A stretch of 64,000 nt of DNA, from the NCBI GenBank assembly GCA_040755695.1, contig JBFMAK010000004.1:34112-98111 (forward strand), in the 5' to 3' direction. This document shows, piece by piece, positions 34,027-44,617 of this stretch. A model generated the notes under the pieces. That model saw only the letters and a list, made by a program, of their open reading frames with translations, searched no databases and was not told the origin of the DNA. Position 1 is the first letter of the stretch. The number at the start of each line of letters is the position of its first letter. This stretch comes from Candidatus Iainarchaeum sp. Its GTDB lineage: Archaea; Iainarchaeota; Iainarchaeia; Iainarchaeales; 1-14-0-10-31-34. The position numbers and the translations under genes are program-made.

Positions 34027-36447
34027 TCATTTCTTCTTTTTAGTTTTCTTTCCGTTGGACTTTCTCTTGGGTTTAGGTTTTGATTTGGGGGTTTGCTCTG
34101 CCTTTATTTCTTCTTTTTCTAATTTACTTAAATCAATTTTGGGTTCTTCGTCTTTCTTCAGTTCCCTTTCTTCCTTTCTCTCTTCTTTTAGGAGCTGGGA
34201 TTTCTCTTTCGTGTAGGAATCCATTCTCTTCTTGTACTCCTGCTCTGAAATTAAGCCTCTGCCATAAAGCCTTTTCAGGCCTGCAAGGCTTCTGTCCTTT
34301 GCCTTCAGTTCCTCCCTGAACCTGTCAATGTCAATCAAGTGAGTGGACTTGGATTTAAGAGAGCCTTCAACTAATTCCAATTCCTTCTTGTACTCAGAGC
34401 TCAGCTCAGAGTGCTTTTCCTGTGAAATCCTTCCTGAAGCAAGGGCTTCATCCAATCTCAATTGAAGTTTCTTGATTCTTTCAGCCTGGTACTTGGGCTT
34501 AACAGAATAATTCAGGTAATTGCTGTACAGCAGGAGGATCACAAAAACAATTAATGCGACGATCACAGTCCCCATAATTAAATTGAAGAGAGCTTGCTGG
34601 TTATCTGAAGGGGTTAAATTAACATTTAAAATATTCCCTCCTTGCCCCTTTATGTATTGGGACTCACTGAAGGTGCCATAATAAGAGTAAATGTCTGTTG
34701 CTGAATCATACAATGCCTCTGAGAGATAAGCAAGGCTCAAGCCGTTCTTTAATTTTTCTTTTGCAACTATTACCTGCCCGTCCTTCTGATAGAAGTATGC
34801 TGCATCAAGGAAGTATCTTGCGTGAGCAACGTAAAGTCTGCTCCAGCCGAAGACCTTCTTTGAGCTTGAATTCTTTTTAATTGAAGATTCAATTGAATTT
34901 ATTTTTTCTTGGAGCATTGAATGAAGGGCATTAAAGTCTTTGTCTTTTGAGTCTAATTCAGCGTTAATTAATGCAACAGAAGAGCTTGAATCAAAGAGTT
35001 CAGCCAGAAACCATTTCAGTTCTTCCTCTTTTTTTGCTGCCTCAAGCCTTCTCTGAATGTCTTTAATGTCCTCTGAATCTAATACCTTGATGCCGTTCTC
35101 TGCATTAACCAAGTAATTGTCTGATGCCCCTTTAAAGTGGTCGTCAGGCTTTACCATTGCAGTAGAGTTCTTTGCTATCTCATAAAAGCTTTTTGAAGCC
35201 TTATACCAGCTTACAGCGAACTCGTAGTCCTGAATGTCTTCCAGGGCAGTAGAATTAGTTGTTGACCCTTCCCTAATATCAACTACAATTGTTGTTTTGG
35301 GCTGCTGCAATTTCTCCAAATTCAACTGGCTCCAAGCAAGCCTTTCCTGTGCTGCAATATACCAGTCTAACTGATCAATAGGAACAAAAGAGTCAAGGTT
35401 TGCCTTCAAATTGGTTATATCATTGCCTAATTCCTCAAGCCTTCTCTTAAACAAGGTTGAACTATCATCCAAAAGAGAAGGGTTATCAGAAACATCTTTT
35501 ACAAGAGAAGCATAAACATTCGCAAGGAAGGCATTGTTTGCAGCAGAGTAAAGGTAATTATTATCATAAAGGCTTTGTGTTTCCTTTAAAGTGCTTTCAG
35601 CTGAATTCAGCATGCTTAACAGGAAATTTATTTGGGCCTGATCTGAAAGCCTTGTGTTTGAGAGTGAAGCCTTTGCTTCATTTATTCTTTCCTTTGTTTC
35701 CTCAATCATTTCTTTTGTAAGTGACTGCATTGGATAAAGGCTTGAATCAAGAGGGATAGGCTTTGGCTCAAAGATTTCTTCAGGCCCTGCAGAGCCCTTG
35801 TTGACGTCAATCTGCTCTATTGGAGTGAAAGCAAGTTTAAGCACTTCATCAATGCCCTGAACTTCAACTACCTTCAGAGTCCATTCCTGAATAGCATAAT
35901 CAACCAAATTAATGTTTTTTACTGTGCTGTCTGTTTTGATCATCTGTTTTGCTGAGCCTTTAGGAATCATGAAAAGCCTTATTCCTGTCCTGGCCGCCTC
36001 CTTTGATTTTTCAAAGACTCCTGCAACGCTGCCTACAGTGCCGTCCTCTGAGATCGTGCCAGTAATTCCAACCCTTGCATCCAATTTCTTGTCTTCAAGC
36101 ATTGAAATTGTAAGCAGTGCCATTGCTGCTCCAGCGCTAGGGCCTTCAACCATTGAGGCATCAGAATTAATGTCAAACTTGTAATCGTAATCTTCAATTT
36201 TGCTGTAATAATTTCTTGCAAGCTTTAATGCAGTCCTTTCAGCGCTTTGAGTGGTAGTTCCAACCAAAGGGTTTACTGAAGACCAGATCTTTCCTGTTCC
36301 GGGCTCAATTGTAAGCGTTAAGTCAGCAGAGATTGCTCCTCCATCCCCTGTCACAGCAAAAATCTTCATTGAGCCATTGGTGATTACAGCAGAAACATTA
36401 AAAGAGAACAGAATTAAAAGAACGAAAACCAAAAAAAACTTCTTCAT
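34027..36447 (-). CDS. Archaeal secreted/membrane-anchored S16 (Lon-type) serine protease without ATPase domain
   Basis: Signal peptide; VEGPSAG catalytic Ser; ITGTISEDGTVGSVAGVFEK catalytic Lys; C-terminal TM helix and coiled coil. Confidence 0.85.
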   Translation of the reverse strand: MKKFFLVFVLLILFSFNVSAVITNGSMKIFAVTGDGGAISADLTLTIEPGTGKIWSSVNPLVGTTTQSAERTALKLARNYYSKIEDYDYKFDINSDASMVEGPSAGAAMALLTISMLEDKKLDARVGITGTISEDGTVGSVAGVFEKSKEAARTGIRLFMIPKGSAKQMIKTDSTVKNINLVDYAIQEWTLKVVEVQGIDEVLKLAFTPIEQIDVNKGSAGPEEIFEPKPIPLDSSLYPMQSLTKEMIEETKERINEAKASLSNTRLSDQAQINFLLSMLNSAESTLKETQSLYDNNYLYSAANNAFLANVYASLVKDVSDNPSLLDDSSTLFKRRLEELGNDITNLKANLDSFVPIDQLDWYIAAQERLAWSQLNLEKLQQPKTTIVVDIREGSTTNSTALEDIQDYEFAVSWYKASKSFYEIAKNSTAMVKPDDHFKGASDNYLVNAENGIKVLDSEDIKDIQRRLEAAKKEEELKWFLAELFDSSSSVALINAELDSKDKDFNALHSMLQEKINSIESSIKKNSSSKKVFGWSRLYVAHARYFLDAAYFYQKDGQVIVAKEKLKNGLSLAYLSEALYDSATDIYSYYGTFSESQYIKGQGGNILNVNLTPSDNQQALFNLIMGTVIVALIVFVILLLYSNYLNYSVKPKYQAERIKKLQLRLDEALASGRISQEKHSELSSEYKKELELVEGSLKSKSTHLIDIDRFREELKAKDRSLAGLKRLYGRGLISEQEYKKRMDSYTKEKSQLLKEERKEERELKKDEEPKIDLSKLEKEEIKAEQTPKSKPKPKRKSNGKKTKKKK

Positions 36448-36538
36448 ACAAGTAGCAATTAATCCACAAAAAGAAATTTAAATTAATTCTTTTGGTTAGA
36501 AGAAAAAGAAATTAAAACAAAAAAAAGGAAAGAAGGAT

Positions 36539-36853
36539 TCAGCCGAATAATGCTCCTAGTCCGGCTGCTGCTTCTTCTTCGGTTTTGGCTTCTTCTTTCT
36601 TTTCTTCCTTTTTTTCTGCCTTGGCTTCTTGTGCTGGAGGTTGAGCTGGAGCAGAAACTGAAGGCATTATTGAAGCGCTCTTTATTGCCTCGTCAATGTT
36701 GACTTCCTTCAGTGAAGCAATCAAAGCCTTAACCCTTGCAGGGTCGGCTTTAATTCCTGCGGCTTCAAGGACTGAAGTAACATTTTTTTCGTCAATGCTT
36801 TTCTTTGCTGAGTGAAGCAGCATTGCAGCATAAACGTATTCCATTTTTTTCAC
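36539..36853 (-). CDS. rpl12: 50S ribosomal protein P1/L12
   Basis: [11 protein letters not shown]...[12 protein letters not shown]. Confidence 0.97.
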   Translation of the reverse strand: MKKMEYVYAAMLLHSAKKSIDEKNVTSVLEAAGIKADPARVKALIASLKEVNIDEAIKSASIMPSVSAPAQPPAQEAKAEKKEEKKEEAKTEEEAAAGLGALFG

Positions 36854-36896
36854 CTCTTTAATTTTTTTTAATTCATTTTTATTTTAATAAAAATTT

Positions 36897-37739
36897 TCAC
36901 TCCTTGATTTTCTCCTTTAACAATTTTGCCTCAATGTCTGCCTTCTTGATGAATTCATTTACTGTTTCCTCGTTGTAAATTCCGGCGTTCAGTGAAAGGC
37001 TCAAGGAATCAATGAAGGCCTTGAAAAGCAAGTGCTTTACTGTTTCGCCTGTAATATAATAGGAATTCAATGCCAGGTTCAATGCATTCAAGTGCGCCTG
37101 CCTGAATTCCCCGAAAACCTTTGCTTCATCTATGTCTAATACTCCGGCCTTGAATATTTGTTTTCCTTCAAGGACCCCAATCAAATTCAATCCAACCTTT
37201 ATTGGTTTAATATTCAATTTATTTAAAGTGCCAGCAGCAGGCTTTGAGACAATTGCGCCTTTCTTGCAGACAACTGTGTCCTCTGGAATCATTATTGTTG
37301 CGCCTTGAATTCTTGCATTGATTCCAGCTTGCTTTAAATCGCTTAAAGCTGGACCTGGGGGAAGGCCAGTGTCTCCTGCCGGGACAATTAAATCGAATGG
37401 GGCAATCATTCCTGCTTTTGCGCTCATGCTTCCCTTGTTTTTCTTGAGCACTGCATAAAGCTCGAAAGGATTCAATTCAGTGAAAATTACTGCAATAGAG
37501 CCAGAAATCATTTCATCCAGGCCAAGCCCTTTCACTTTGGATTCACTCAAAGCCTTTTTTACCACTCTTGCCTTTGAAACCTTTATTACTGCCTTGGGCT
37601 TAAGCAGTTTTCTTGTGTCCTGAAATAATGCAGCAGGGAAACTTGAAATGTCAGCCAATGCAATTACAGGGTATTTTTCTGCCAACTGCTTTAATTCCTC
37701 TAATTCTGCATGCTTCCACTTCTTTGTATGGCGTGTCAT
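36897..37739 (-). CDS. rplP0: 50S ribosomal protein L10/P0
   Basis: FTELNPFEL, AKAGMIAPFDLIVPAGDTGLPPGP; conserved operon position. Confidence 0.95.
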   Translation of the reverse strand: MTRHTKKWKHAELEELKQLAEKYPVIALADISSFPAALFQDTRKLLKPKAVIKVSKARVVKKALSESKVKGLGLDEMISGSIAVIFTELNPFELYAVLKKNKGSMSAKAGMIAPFDLIVPAGDTGLPPGPALSDLKQAGINARIQGATIMIPEDTVVCKKGAIVSKPAAGTLNKLNIKPIKVGLNLIGVLEGKQIFKAGVLDIDEAKVFGEFRQAHLNALNLALNSYYITGETVKHLLFKAFIDSLSLSLNAGIYNEETVNEFIKKADIEAKLLKEKIKE

Positions 37740-38407
37740 TGTGCTTCACCTTTCTGCACTTCGCCAACCTTTACTGGGGGGCCCATTGTCAGTTTCACAA
37801 AAACAGATTTTACGTTCTGCTTTTTTCCAGGCAGCTTTGCTTCAACTGCCTCATAAACTGAAAGAATGTTTTCAGCCAATTGCTCGTCAGGCATTTTCTC
37901 GTTGCCTACACTCAAGTGAATTACAGGCATGAATTTGCCTTTCTTGTTTGTAATCCTTGTAGTGCTCGAACTCTTTGAAACAAATTGCTGCACAGCCTTG
38001 ACATCAGGCTGAACAGGCTTAGGCATCTTGCCTCTTGGAGCCAGAATTTGACCCAAAAATTTTCCTACAGTAATCATCACAGGGCCTTCAGCAAGCAATA
38101 CATCAACAGAGTCAGCAAGCTCTTGGACCTGCTTTTTGTCAAGGGCCTGAATTTCGTTCTCCATTATTACCCTTTCAACAATTCCCTTCAGGGAAGAAGC
38201 AAAGCCTTTGTCGCGCACGAAAACCAGTGCCCTGACCTTTTTTGCTTCCTGGTGAGGCAATACTACCTCCAAGTCAATCCTGTTGGTGTCCTTCTTAAAG
38301 TCAATTCCCTTGAAATTGATTGTCAAGTCAACAGACTGCCTGAATTTCCTTGTCTTGCCTTTGTCGCGGGCCTTCTGCAATGCTTCTAGTACTTCCTTTT
38401 TATCCAA
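37736..38407 (-). CDS. rpl1: 50S ribosomal protein L1
   Basis: RKFRQSVDLTINFK, LGQILAPRGKMPKP and KLTMGPPV; TTG start with AGGAGG RBS. Confidence 0.96.
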   Translation of the reverse strand: MDKKEVLEALQKARDKGKTRKFRQSVDLTINFKGIDFKKDTNRIDLEVVLPHQEAKKVRALVFVRDKGFASSLKGIVERVIMENEIQALDKKQVQELADSVDVLLAEGPVMITVGKFLGQILAPRGKMPKPVQPDVKAVQQFVSKSSSTTRITNKKGKFMPVIHLSVGNEKMPDEQLAENILSVYEAVEAKLPGKKQNVKSVFVKLTMGPPVKVGEVQKGEAQ

Positions 38408-38421
38408 TCGAAAACCTCCTG

Positions 38422-38450
38422 CAAAACTTTTGGGAAAAGTTTTATCAAAA
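38422..38450. repeat. Hairpin repeat family D, intergenic copy upstream of rpl1
   Basis: CAAAACTTTT-GGG-AAAAGTTTT-ATCAAAA, similar to the two CAAACTTTT-loop-AAAAGTTTG-ATCAAAA units inside the RNase P RNA. Confidence 0.7.
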
Positions 38451-38568
38451 AAACTCTCCGAGTTAGCAGTAGTAACGGATTAAAATCAAGAAAAATTTAC
38501 ATAATAATTATGGGGCAAGGTTTAAAAAAGAAGGAGTTAAAAAAGAATTCGCAACAACTTAATAATAA

Positions 38569-40410
38569 ATGGAAGTTAAAGAGCCAGAATTTAAGAGGGT
38601 GAAATTAGACTTAGCCTTTTTTCTTAAAGTACTAATAATAGCAAATTTTCTGATTATTTTCTCTGTTCTTTTCTTGCATCCAATACCAGAATACCTTCTT
38701 GTTACCGACACAATAACACACATAAAATGGATTGAACTAATAAAAAAAGACTTCAAATATATTGACTACAATCATTTTGGTTCTTATCCTAAAGGATTCC
38801 ATTTAATCAATGCTGCATTAAGCTTCCTGTTGCCAGTAGGAACAGCAATGGCACTCAGCACTGCAATATTTGGCGCCCTACTAATAGTCTTCTCATACAA
38901 GCTTGCTTTTCTTGTAAGCAAAAACAAAACACAAGCATTAACAACCGCATTTATTACCTCGACAATTAGTGTTGGGGTTACTTCTTCAATTTCTTCGGCA
39001 ATACCCCAAACCTTTGCTTTAGCTTTAATGGTGATGACTGCATATTTTTTCCTTAAAAAGGACTGGATTAAAGGAGGCATAACATTAGGCATTTATTCAA
39101 CTATTCACACTTCTTTCCCTTTAGTGATCGGGTTAATTTTAATTATTGCGTTGATAGATTTATTTAAAAGAAACAATACAGAAAACCTTTTTGTCTTAAT
39201 TAAAATGATTGCTTTAATGCTGGCTTTTTTTCTTCCCTTAGTTCTCTTTCAAAATTATTATAAAATGCAACCGGCAGTGATCCTTGATTCACTGCCAAGA
39301 ATTCAATTCTATGATGATATGATTTCTCCTTTAAGCCTTCTTTCAGTCACAAGTCCTTTTGGGATAATATTGTTAGCATTTATTGGGTTATATTTTTATA
39401 AAAAAAACATTTCAGAACAAAAATTTCAGTTAATGATATTATGGTTTTTAATTCCTTTAGCCTTATCACAGGCATACTGGCTCACCGACTCAGGCCTTGT
39501 GTTGTGGATTTTTCCGGCTTCAAGAATTCTCATATTCTTCTTGTTTCCAGTAGCATTCTTTTCTTCAAAAACAATTATGATGCTTAAAAGAAAGGAAATT
39601 ATTTTTGCTGTAGTTTCAATAATATTCCTTATTTCAGTATCAAACTCTTTTAGTTTATACCAACAAAAACCTGCAATTGACAAATATGATTTTGAATTAA
39701 TTGAACACCTAAAAAAAGATGGAAAAATAGACAAAATTATAGCTGGTGATTACGGTGCGCAAGTAATACAACTAAGCTTGAATAAAGGCGTTTCCGATCG
39801 AGATTTATGGCTTATTTTTGGGGGCTATTTAAAAACACTAATAGACGAAAACAGGGTTGATTTTGTTTTATTATACAAAAAAAAATATTCCAAAGGATAT
39901 GAAGTTAAAAGAGGCGTAACAAAAGATTTTGAAAACAAGAAATGGATTTTACTTAAAATAGGGAAAGAATTAAAATTTCAGAAACCAGAAAATTTGAATT
40001 TATATTTGATAAGTTTTATTACATTTCTAAACTCTAAATATGAGAAAATAGCCATCAATAACCCTTATTTTATTGCAGTGATTGCAGAAGATTCGAAAGA
40101 CATAACCTGCATGAAAATGCTGGAAGGCATTAGTATTGAAAGCTGCCCCAAAGAGGTTGATTTCATCATAAAAGGAGAGAAAAAAAATATAATAGAGCTA
40201 TTCAACTCATACGACAAGGATTACTTTAAATTAAAGTTATTATACATGTACAGAAAAAAAATGCTAAATTTTTCTTCACCACTAAACCCATTCCTTAAAT
40301 TAGAAAATGCAGAATACCTCTCACACATAAAAAGATGGACTTCAACATCACCTTATTCCCAACCAAATGAAAATATAGCAAGGGTTTTCTGGGCGCTTGG
40401 CTTAAGATAA
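38569..40410 (+). CDS. Polytopic membrane protein, possible GT-C glycosyltransferase
   Basis: About 10-11 TM helices; DTITH and YPKGFH early loop motifs; AT-rich; first gene of a GT2/DUF2304 operon. Confidence 0.6.
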   Translation: MEVKEPEFKRVKLDLAFFLKVLIIANFLIIFSVLFLHPIPEYLLVTDTITHIKWIELIKKDFKYIDYNHFGSYPKGFHLINAALSFLLPVGTAMALSTAIFGALLIVFSYKLAFLVSKNKTQALTTAFITSTISVGVTSSISSAIPQTFALALMVMTAYFFLKKDWIKGGITLGIYSTIHTSFPLVIGLILIIALIDLFKRNNTENLFVLIKMIALMLAFFLPLVLFQNYYKMQPAVILDSLPRIQFYDDMISPLSLLSVTSPFGIILLAFIGLYFYKKNISEQKFQLMILWFLIPLALSQAYWLTDSGLVLWIFPASRILIFFLFPVAFFSSKTIMMLKRKEIIFAVVSIIFLISVSNSFSLYQQKPAIDKYDFELIEHLKKDGKIDKIIAGDYGAQVIQLSLNKGVSDRDLWLIFGGYLKTLIDENRVDFVLLYKKKYSKGYEVKRGVTKDFENKKWILLKIGKELKFQKPENLNLYLISFITFLNSKYEKIAINNPYFIAVIAEDSKDITCMKMLEGISIESCPKEVDFIIKGEKKNIIELFNSYDKDYFKLKLLYMYRKKMLNFSSPLNPFLKLENAEYLSHIKRWTSTSPYSQPNENIARVFWALGLR

Positions 40411-40420
40411 AAAAAGGTGT

Positions 40421-41083
40421 TTGAAATTGATTGCTGCAATAATCCCCGCATTAAATGAAGAAGCCGCAATAGAAAAAGTTGTAAAAGAAACAAGAAAATT
40501 TGCAGGCAAAGTTATTGTAGTCAGCGACGGCAGCACTGACAGGACAGCAGAAAAAGCAGAAAAGGCAGGCGCAATTGTTTTGGCCAACTCTGCAAACATG
40601 GGGAAAGGCTTTGCTTCAAGAATAGGAGTAAAAAAGGCATTGGAATTCAATCCAGAAATCATAGTTCTAATTGACGCTGACTTGCAGCACGACCCAAGAG
40701 AAATTCCAAAAATGGTTAGAGAATTAAAAGAAAAGAAACTGGACCTTGTACTAGGTGCAAGGATTGGAAAAAAAGGCATGCCTAAAACAAAAACAATCGG
40801 CAATGCCTTAATTGATTTTTTAATAAGAATATTCTATGGAATCAATTTGAAAGACAGCCAGTGCGGTTTTAAGGCAATAAAAAAAGAAGCCCTGCAAAAG
40901 ATAATGTGGAATTCAAATGACTACGGCATGGAAACAGAGATTGCGGCAAGGATAGCAAAGAACAAACTCAAATTTAAAGAAGTTCCAATAAAGACAGCAT
41001 ACAATGATAAATATAAGGGAACAAGTGTTATTGATGGGATAAAGATTTTTTTGAACATAATTTGGTGGCGTATCTTTATATGA
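40421..41083 (+). CDS. GT2, dolichol-phosphate glycosyltransferase-like
   Basis: IIPALNEE, VSDGSTD, NMGKG, IDADLQHDP and DSQCGFKA. Confidence 0.92.
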   Translation: MKLIAAIIPALNEEAAIEKVVKETRKFAGKVIVVSDGSTDRTAEKAEKAGAIVLANSANMGKGFASRIGVKKALEFNPEIIVLIDADLQHDPREIPKMVRELKEKKLDLVLGARIGKKGMPKTKTIGNALIDFLIRIFYGINLKDSQCGFKAIKKEALQKIMWNSNDYGMETEIAARIAKNKLKFKEVPIKTAYNDKYKGTSVIDGIKIFLNIIWWRIFI

Positions 41084-41418
41084 ATTTGCTGCTGCTTCAA
41101 ATAATAGTAACCTTATTCAGCGTTTTAATGATATACGTGGCTTTTATTACATACAAAAAAAGACAGATACTCCAAATGGACTTCATTTTATGGCTTTTTG
41201 TGTGGGCCTGCTTTATAATAGGAATAAACTTTTCTGAAAGCTTCAAGAAAATAATCGAGACCCTAAGAATCGGGAGAACCATGGATTTACTTTTCATTTC
41301 AGCATTTATTGTATTATTTTTCATTCTTTTTTTCCTGTTTAAAATTGCAAGAGACGACCAAAAGAAAATCAATCTGGTTGTAGAGCACTTGGCGCTAAAG
41401 AAACAGAAAAGGCAATAA
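41080..41418 (+). CDS. DUF2304 family membrane protein
   Basis: LRIGRTMDLLF...KKINLVVEHLAL; typical partner of DPM-type GT2 genes. Confidence 0.82.
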   Translation: MNLLLLQIIVTLFSVLMIYVAFITYKKRQILQMDFILWLFVWACFIIGINFSESFKKIIETLRIGRTMDLLFISAFIVLFFILFFLFKIARDDQKKINLVVEHLALKKQKRQ

Positions 41419-41423
41419 AGCAA

Positions 41424-42024
41424 TTACAATTTTTTTGCAACCACAAGCATCCTGCGAGGTATTACGCCAAAATGTTTTTCTCTCCACTCAAAGACTGGCT
41501 CAAAGCCGTTTTTTCTTTAAGATTTTCTTGAGGGTTTTCTTGGGATAATACCTCACGTGCTCCCCTAACGGGTCATAAATTTTTTCCCAGTAAAATAAGG
41601 CTACTATCAAATTCTTTAAAAAATTGAATTCAGGGGCAATAATTATGATGTTTCCATTCTTTTTTAAGACCCTTCTAAACTCTGAAAACATTTTTTTTGT
41701 GTCAGGAACATGCTCTATAACCTCGCCAGCGAATATTGTGCTGAAACTGTTGCCAGGGAAAGGAATGTCTGTGACTGAGCCCTGCCTGAACTTTACGTGA
41801 GGATAATTCTTTTTTGCTTTTTTTACTGCCGTGCGCGAAATGTCTATTCCCTGGGCCGGAACTATTTTGTTCAATTCATTTGTTATTAGCCCGTACGCAC
41901 AGCCGACGTCAAGGCAGTCATTTTTAAGGAAAGGCCTTATCATTTCCATTGTTTCATTTATTTCTTTTTTGCTCCAGCGGGCAACAGGATCCTTTTCCCA
42001 AATCCTTTCATAAAATTCTTTCAT
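41424..42024 (-). pseudogene. Class I SAM methyltransferase with a +1 frameshift in an A6 run near the 3' end
   Basis: LDVGCAYG and FAGEVIEHVPD; removing one A at 41509-41514 restores LKKNGFEPVF...MLVVAKKL* (stop at 41424). Confidence 0.7.
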
Positions 42025-42025
42025 A

Positions 42026-42544
42026 TTATTTCCTTTTAGCTTTTATTATCATTGAAGTAGAAAAAAATTTATTTTTTATTTTAGGCATTGAAGGAACTAC
42101 ATAATCGATATCCACAAAAAACTCATTTTCTGAAAAAATTTTTTTTATTTGGCTTGAGTAAATTGCTTTCTCATCCTTGTTTAATGAACCCCCAGAAATC
42201 TTAAGTATGAATGCATACAAGTAAAACATTACTCCATTAGGCTCTATTCCGTAATAGGTGCCTTTTGGTTTTAGAACTCTTTTAATCTCTTTAAGTACTT
42301 TGTTTATGTCCTTCAAATGATGCAATACAAAAGCGACAAAAACTGCATCAAAAGACTTTTCTTTAAAAGGCAGATTAAACGCGCTTGCTTGCACAAAATC
42401 ATTCAATTCGTATTTTTTTACGTCAGTTGGAAAAACCTTGTTTTTTTCGCCCAAAACTCTTGTAAATCTTCCTGCGCCGCACCCTATCTCAAGCAATTTC
42501 TTGTTTTTAATATTGAACATGTTAACTATTAGTCTTTCTGTCAT
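42026..42544 (-). CDS. Class I SAM-dependent methyltransferase
   Basis: LLEIGCGAG, ASAFNLPF, FVLHHL and RVLKPKG. Confidence 0.9.
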   Translation of the reverse strand: MTERLIVNMFNIKNKKLLEIGCGAGRFTRVLGEKNKVFPTDVKKYELNDFVQASAFNLPFKEKSFDAVFVAFVLHHLKDINKVLKEIKRVLKPKGTYYGIEPNGVMFYLYAFILKISGGSLNKDEKAIYSSQIKKIFSENEFFVDIDYVVPSMPKIKNKFFSTSMIIKAKRK

Positions 42545-43211
42545 TTTTTTTACCTGCCAAATTATGGCCTATGAAACCAACAATTGCCCCACACAAAAAA
42601 GCAATTCTTGAAAAAATTTCCTGAATTTCCCTTTTAATTATGCTGGACCCTTTAATCTTTTCTGGATTAAAATCAATATTGTTGTACTTTAAATTAATTT
42701 TAACCAATAGCCTTCCGTAAGCAAAACTATTATTAACAGATTTCCAGAACCCCTTGCTTTTTCTTTCGTGCAAAACAGGCGCAATAGGCAATTCCAGACC
42801 TTTGTATCCTAAATTATTTAATCTGGCAAACAATTCAGTATCCTCAGCCAAAGGAAAATTTTCATTCATTTTATTATTTTTAAGCACAGATGAATGACAG
42901 GCAATGTTAGACCAACACCAAGGTGTCTGCCTTACCTCAATTCCCCTAATTATTGTTTTTTCGCCGTGCCTTTTTACTGCCTCAACCATTTCCTCAAGCC
43001 ATGTATTTGTCAAAGGCATTGCATCGCTTTCGGTTATGACCAAAATCTTTCCTTTTGCCCTGCTTATTGCATCATTTAATGCTTGAGGAATTCCTTTCTT
43101 CTGGGATGTCACTAATTCAAAGCCTTGGAATGACTGCTTCTTAAGCGCACTGATTAAAGGCTTCAATTCTTCTCTGCTTTTGGCTACTGCAATAACAGAA
43201 ACTTCTTTCAT
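42522..43211 (-). CDS. Glycosyltransferase family 2
   Basis: ALNDAISRAKG, ITESD and EDTELFARL. Confidence 0.8.
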   Translation of the reverse strand: MKEVSVIAVAKSREELKPLISALKKQSFQGFELVTSQKKGIPQALNDAISRAKGKILVITESDAMPLTNTWLEEMVEAVKRHGEKTIIRGIEVRQTPWCWSNIACHSSVLKNNKMNENFPLAEDTELFARLNNLGYKGLELPIAPVLHERKSKGFWKSVNNSFAYGRLLVKINLKYNNIDFNPEKIKGSSIIKREIQEIFSRIAFLCGAIVGFIGHNLAGKKNDRKTNS

Positions 43212-44617
43212 TCAGCCATCTCCCTCAAAACTTTTAATGGAACGCCAAAGACCCCCTTTAAGCCGTAATACTTGTACAGATTATATAAATGAAACAAAAT
43301 TATTTTAGGTTTTCTTGACAGCATTTTTTTGTGCCATTGCTTTACTGCATAATCTAAAAGCCCTTCAACTTCTTTGCAGCTATAAGAAGGCAGGTTAGTA
43401 ATGCTCTTGTCATTCCCTTTGATTTTCCTCCAGTCACTTACAGCAAGATAGCCTTTTCTCTTGCACCAATCATACATTTTAGTCCCTGGAAAAGGCACAC
43501 AAATAGAAAACTGCAGTGTATCAGAAGGCAAATTCAAAGCAAATTTTATTGTATTCAGATCGCTTTCCCTTGTTGAGTAAGGCAGACCCAAAACCCAGCA
43601 AACATGAGACCTCAGCTTAAATTTCCTGCAGGCTTCAACAAACCTTATAATATCTTCTCTTGTAATTGGCTTGCCGAAATGCTTCATTACATTGGGGTCA
43701 GCCGACTCAGCCCCAATAGTAACTCCAGTACAGCCAGCCTTTTTCATTAATCCAAGAAGCCCATTGCTCACCTTTGCATCAACCATGCAATTCCATTTAA
43801 GTTTCAGCTTCCGCTTGACTATTTCATTGCATATTCTCCCGGCATGCTTTTCATTTATTGCAAAACTGTCGTCATCGAAATAGAGCTCATTTGGCCGGTA
43901 TTTGCCCAACAAGTAATTCATTTCATCAACAACATCTTTTGGGTTTCGTATTCTGTAGTTTGGCTTGCAGTAATAGACTGGAACAGTGCAAAAATCGCAT
44001 CCTCTCGGGCAGCCCCTGCTTGAAACCAGAACAACATTAAAGCCGTTCAGTTTAGGGTCATTGTATTTTTGCATGGGAAGTTCTTCTCTCTCAGGCCAAG
44101 GCAATTCATCCAAGTTTTCTATGAGTTCACGGGCAACGAATTTGTGGCCTTTAGCATAAACGCCTTTGGGAATCTTCTTTAATTTTCCATTCAAGTATTT
44201 AATTAAATCCAAGATACTGTAATCGCACTCCCCTACAATAACATAATCATAGCCTTCCTTCAAATGCTCTCTTGGTGTTGGGGTCGCATGATAGCCTGAC
44301 GCAGCAGTTATAAGAGAAGGCTTTAATTTTTTAAGCATTTTAATTGTTTTCAGGTCATAATCAAAAGAGGAAGCAGTTGTCTCCCAAATTAATATGTCTG
44401 GATTGAATTCCTTAAATTTTTTAATGAACTGCCTTCTATTCAATTCTTCTGCTGTTGAATCAATAATGTGAGCGTCATAGCCGTTCTTTTTCAGGACTGC
44501 TGTAGCATAAGCAAGCCTGACAGGAAAAGGAAAATATTTCATTGAATTTTTTGAGACAGTAATGTCCCACCTGCACCTGAGCCATGGCCCAGGGGGATTT
44601 GCAAGCAATATTTTCAT
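43208..44617 (-). CDS. Cobalamin-binding radical SAM protein (class B, HpnJ-like)
   Basis: N-terminal B12-binding domain (LANPP, RLAY, VGECD); SRGCPRGCDFC; YFDDDSF; GAES. Confidence 0.9.
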   Translation of the reverse strand: MKILLANPPGPWLRCRWDITVSKNSMKYFPFPVRLAYATAVLKKNGYDAHIIDSTAEELNRRQFIKKFKEFNPDILIWETTASSFDYDLKTIKMLKKLKPSLITAASGYHATPTPREHLKEGYDYVIVGECDYSILDLIKYLNGKLKKIPKGVYAKGHKFVARELIENLDELPWPEREELPMQKYNDPKLNGFNVVLVSSRGCPRGCDFCTVPVYYCKPNYRIRNPKDVVDEMNYLLGKYRPNELYFDDDSFAINEKHAGRICNEIVKRKLKLKWNCMVDAKVSNGLLGLMKKAGCTGVTIGAESADPNVMKHFGKPITREDIIRFVEACRKFKLRSHVCWVLGLPYSTRESDLNTIKFALNLPSDTLQFSICVPFPGTKMYDWCKRKGYLAVSDWRKIKGNDKSITNLPSYSCKEVEGLLDYAVKQWHKKMLSRKPKIILFHLYNLYKYYGLKGVFGVPLKVLREMAE

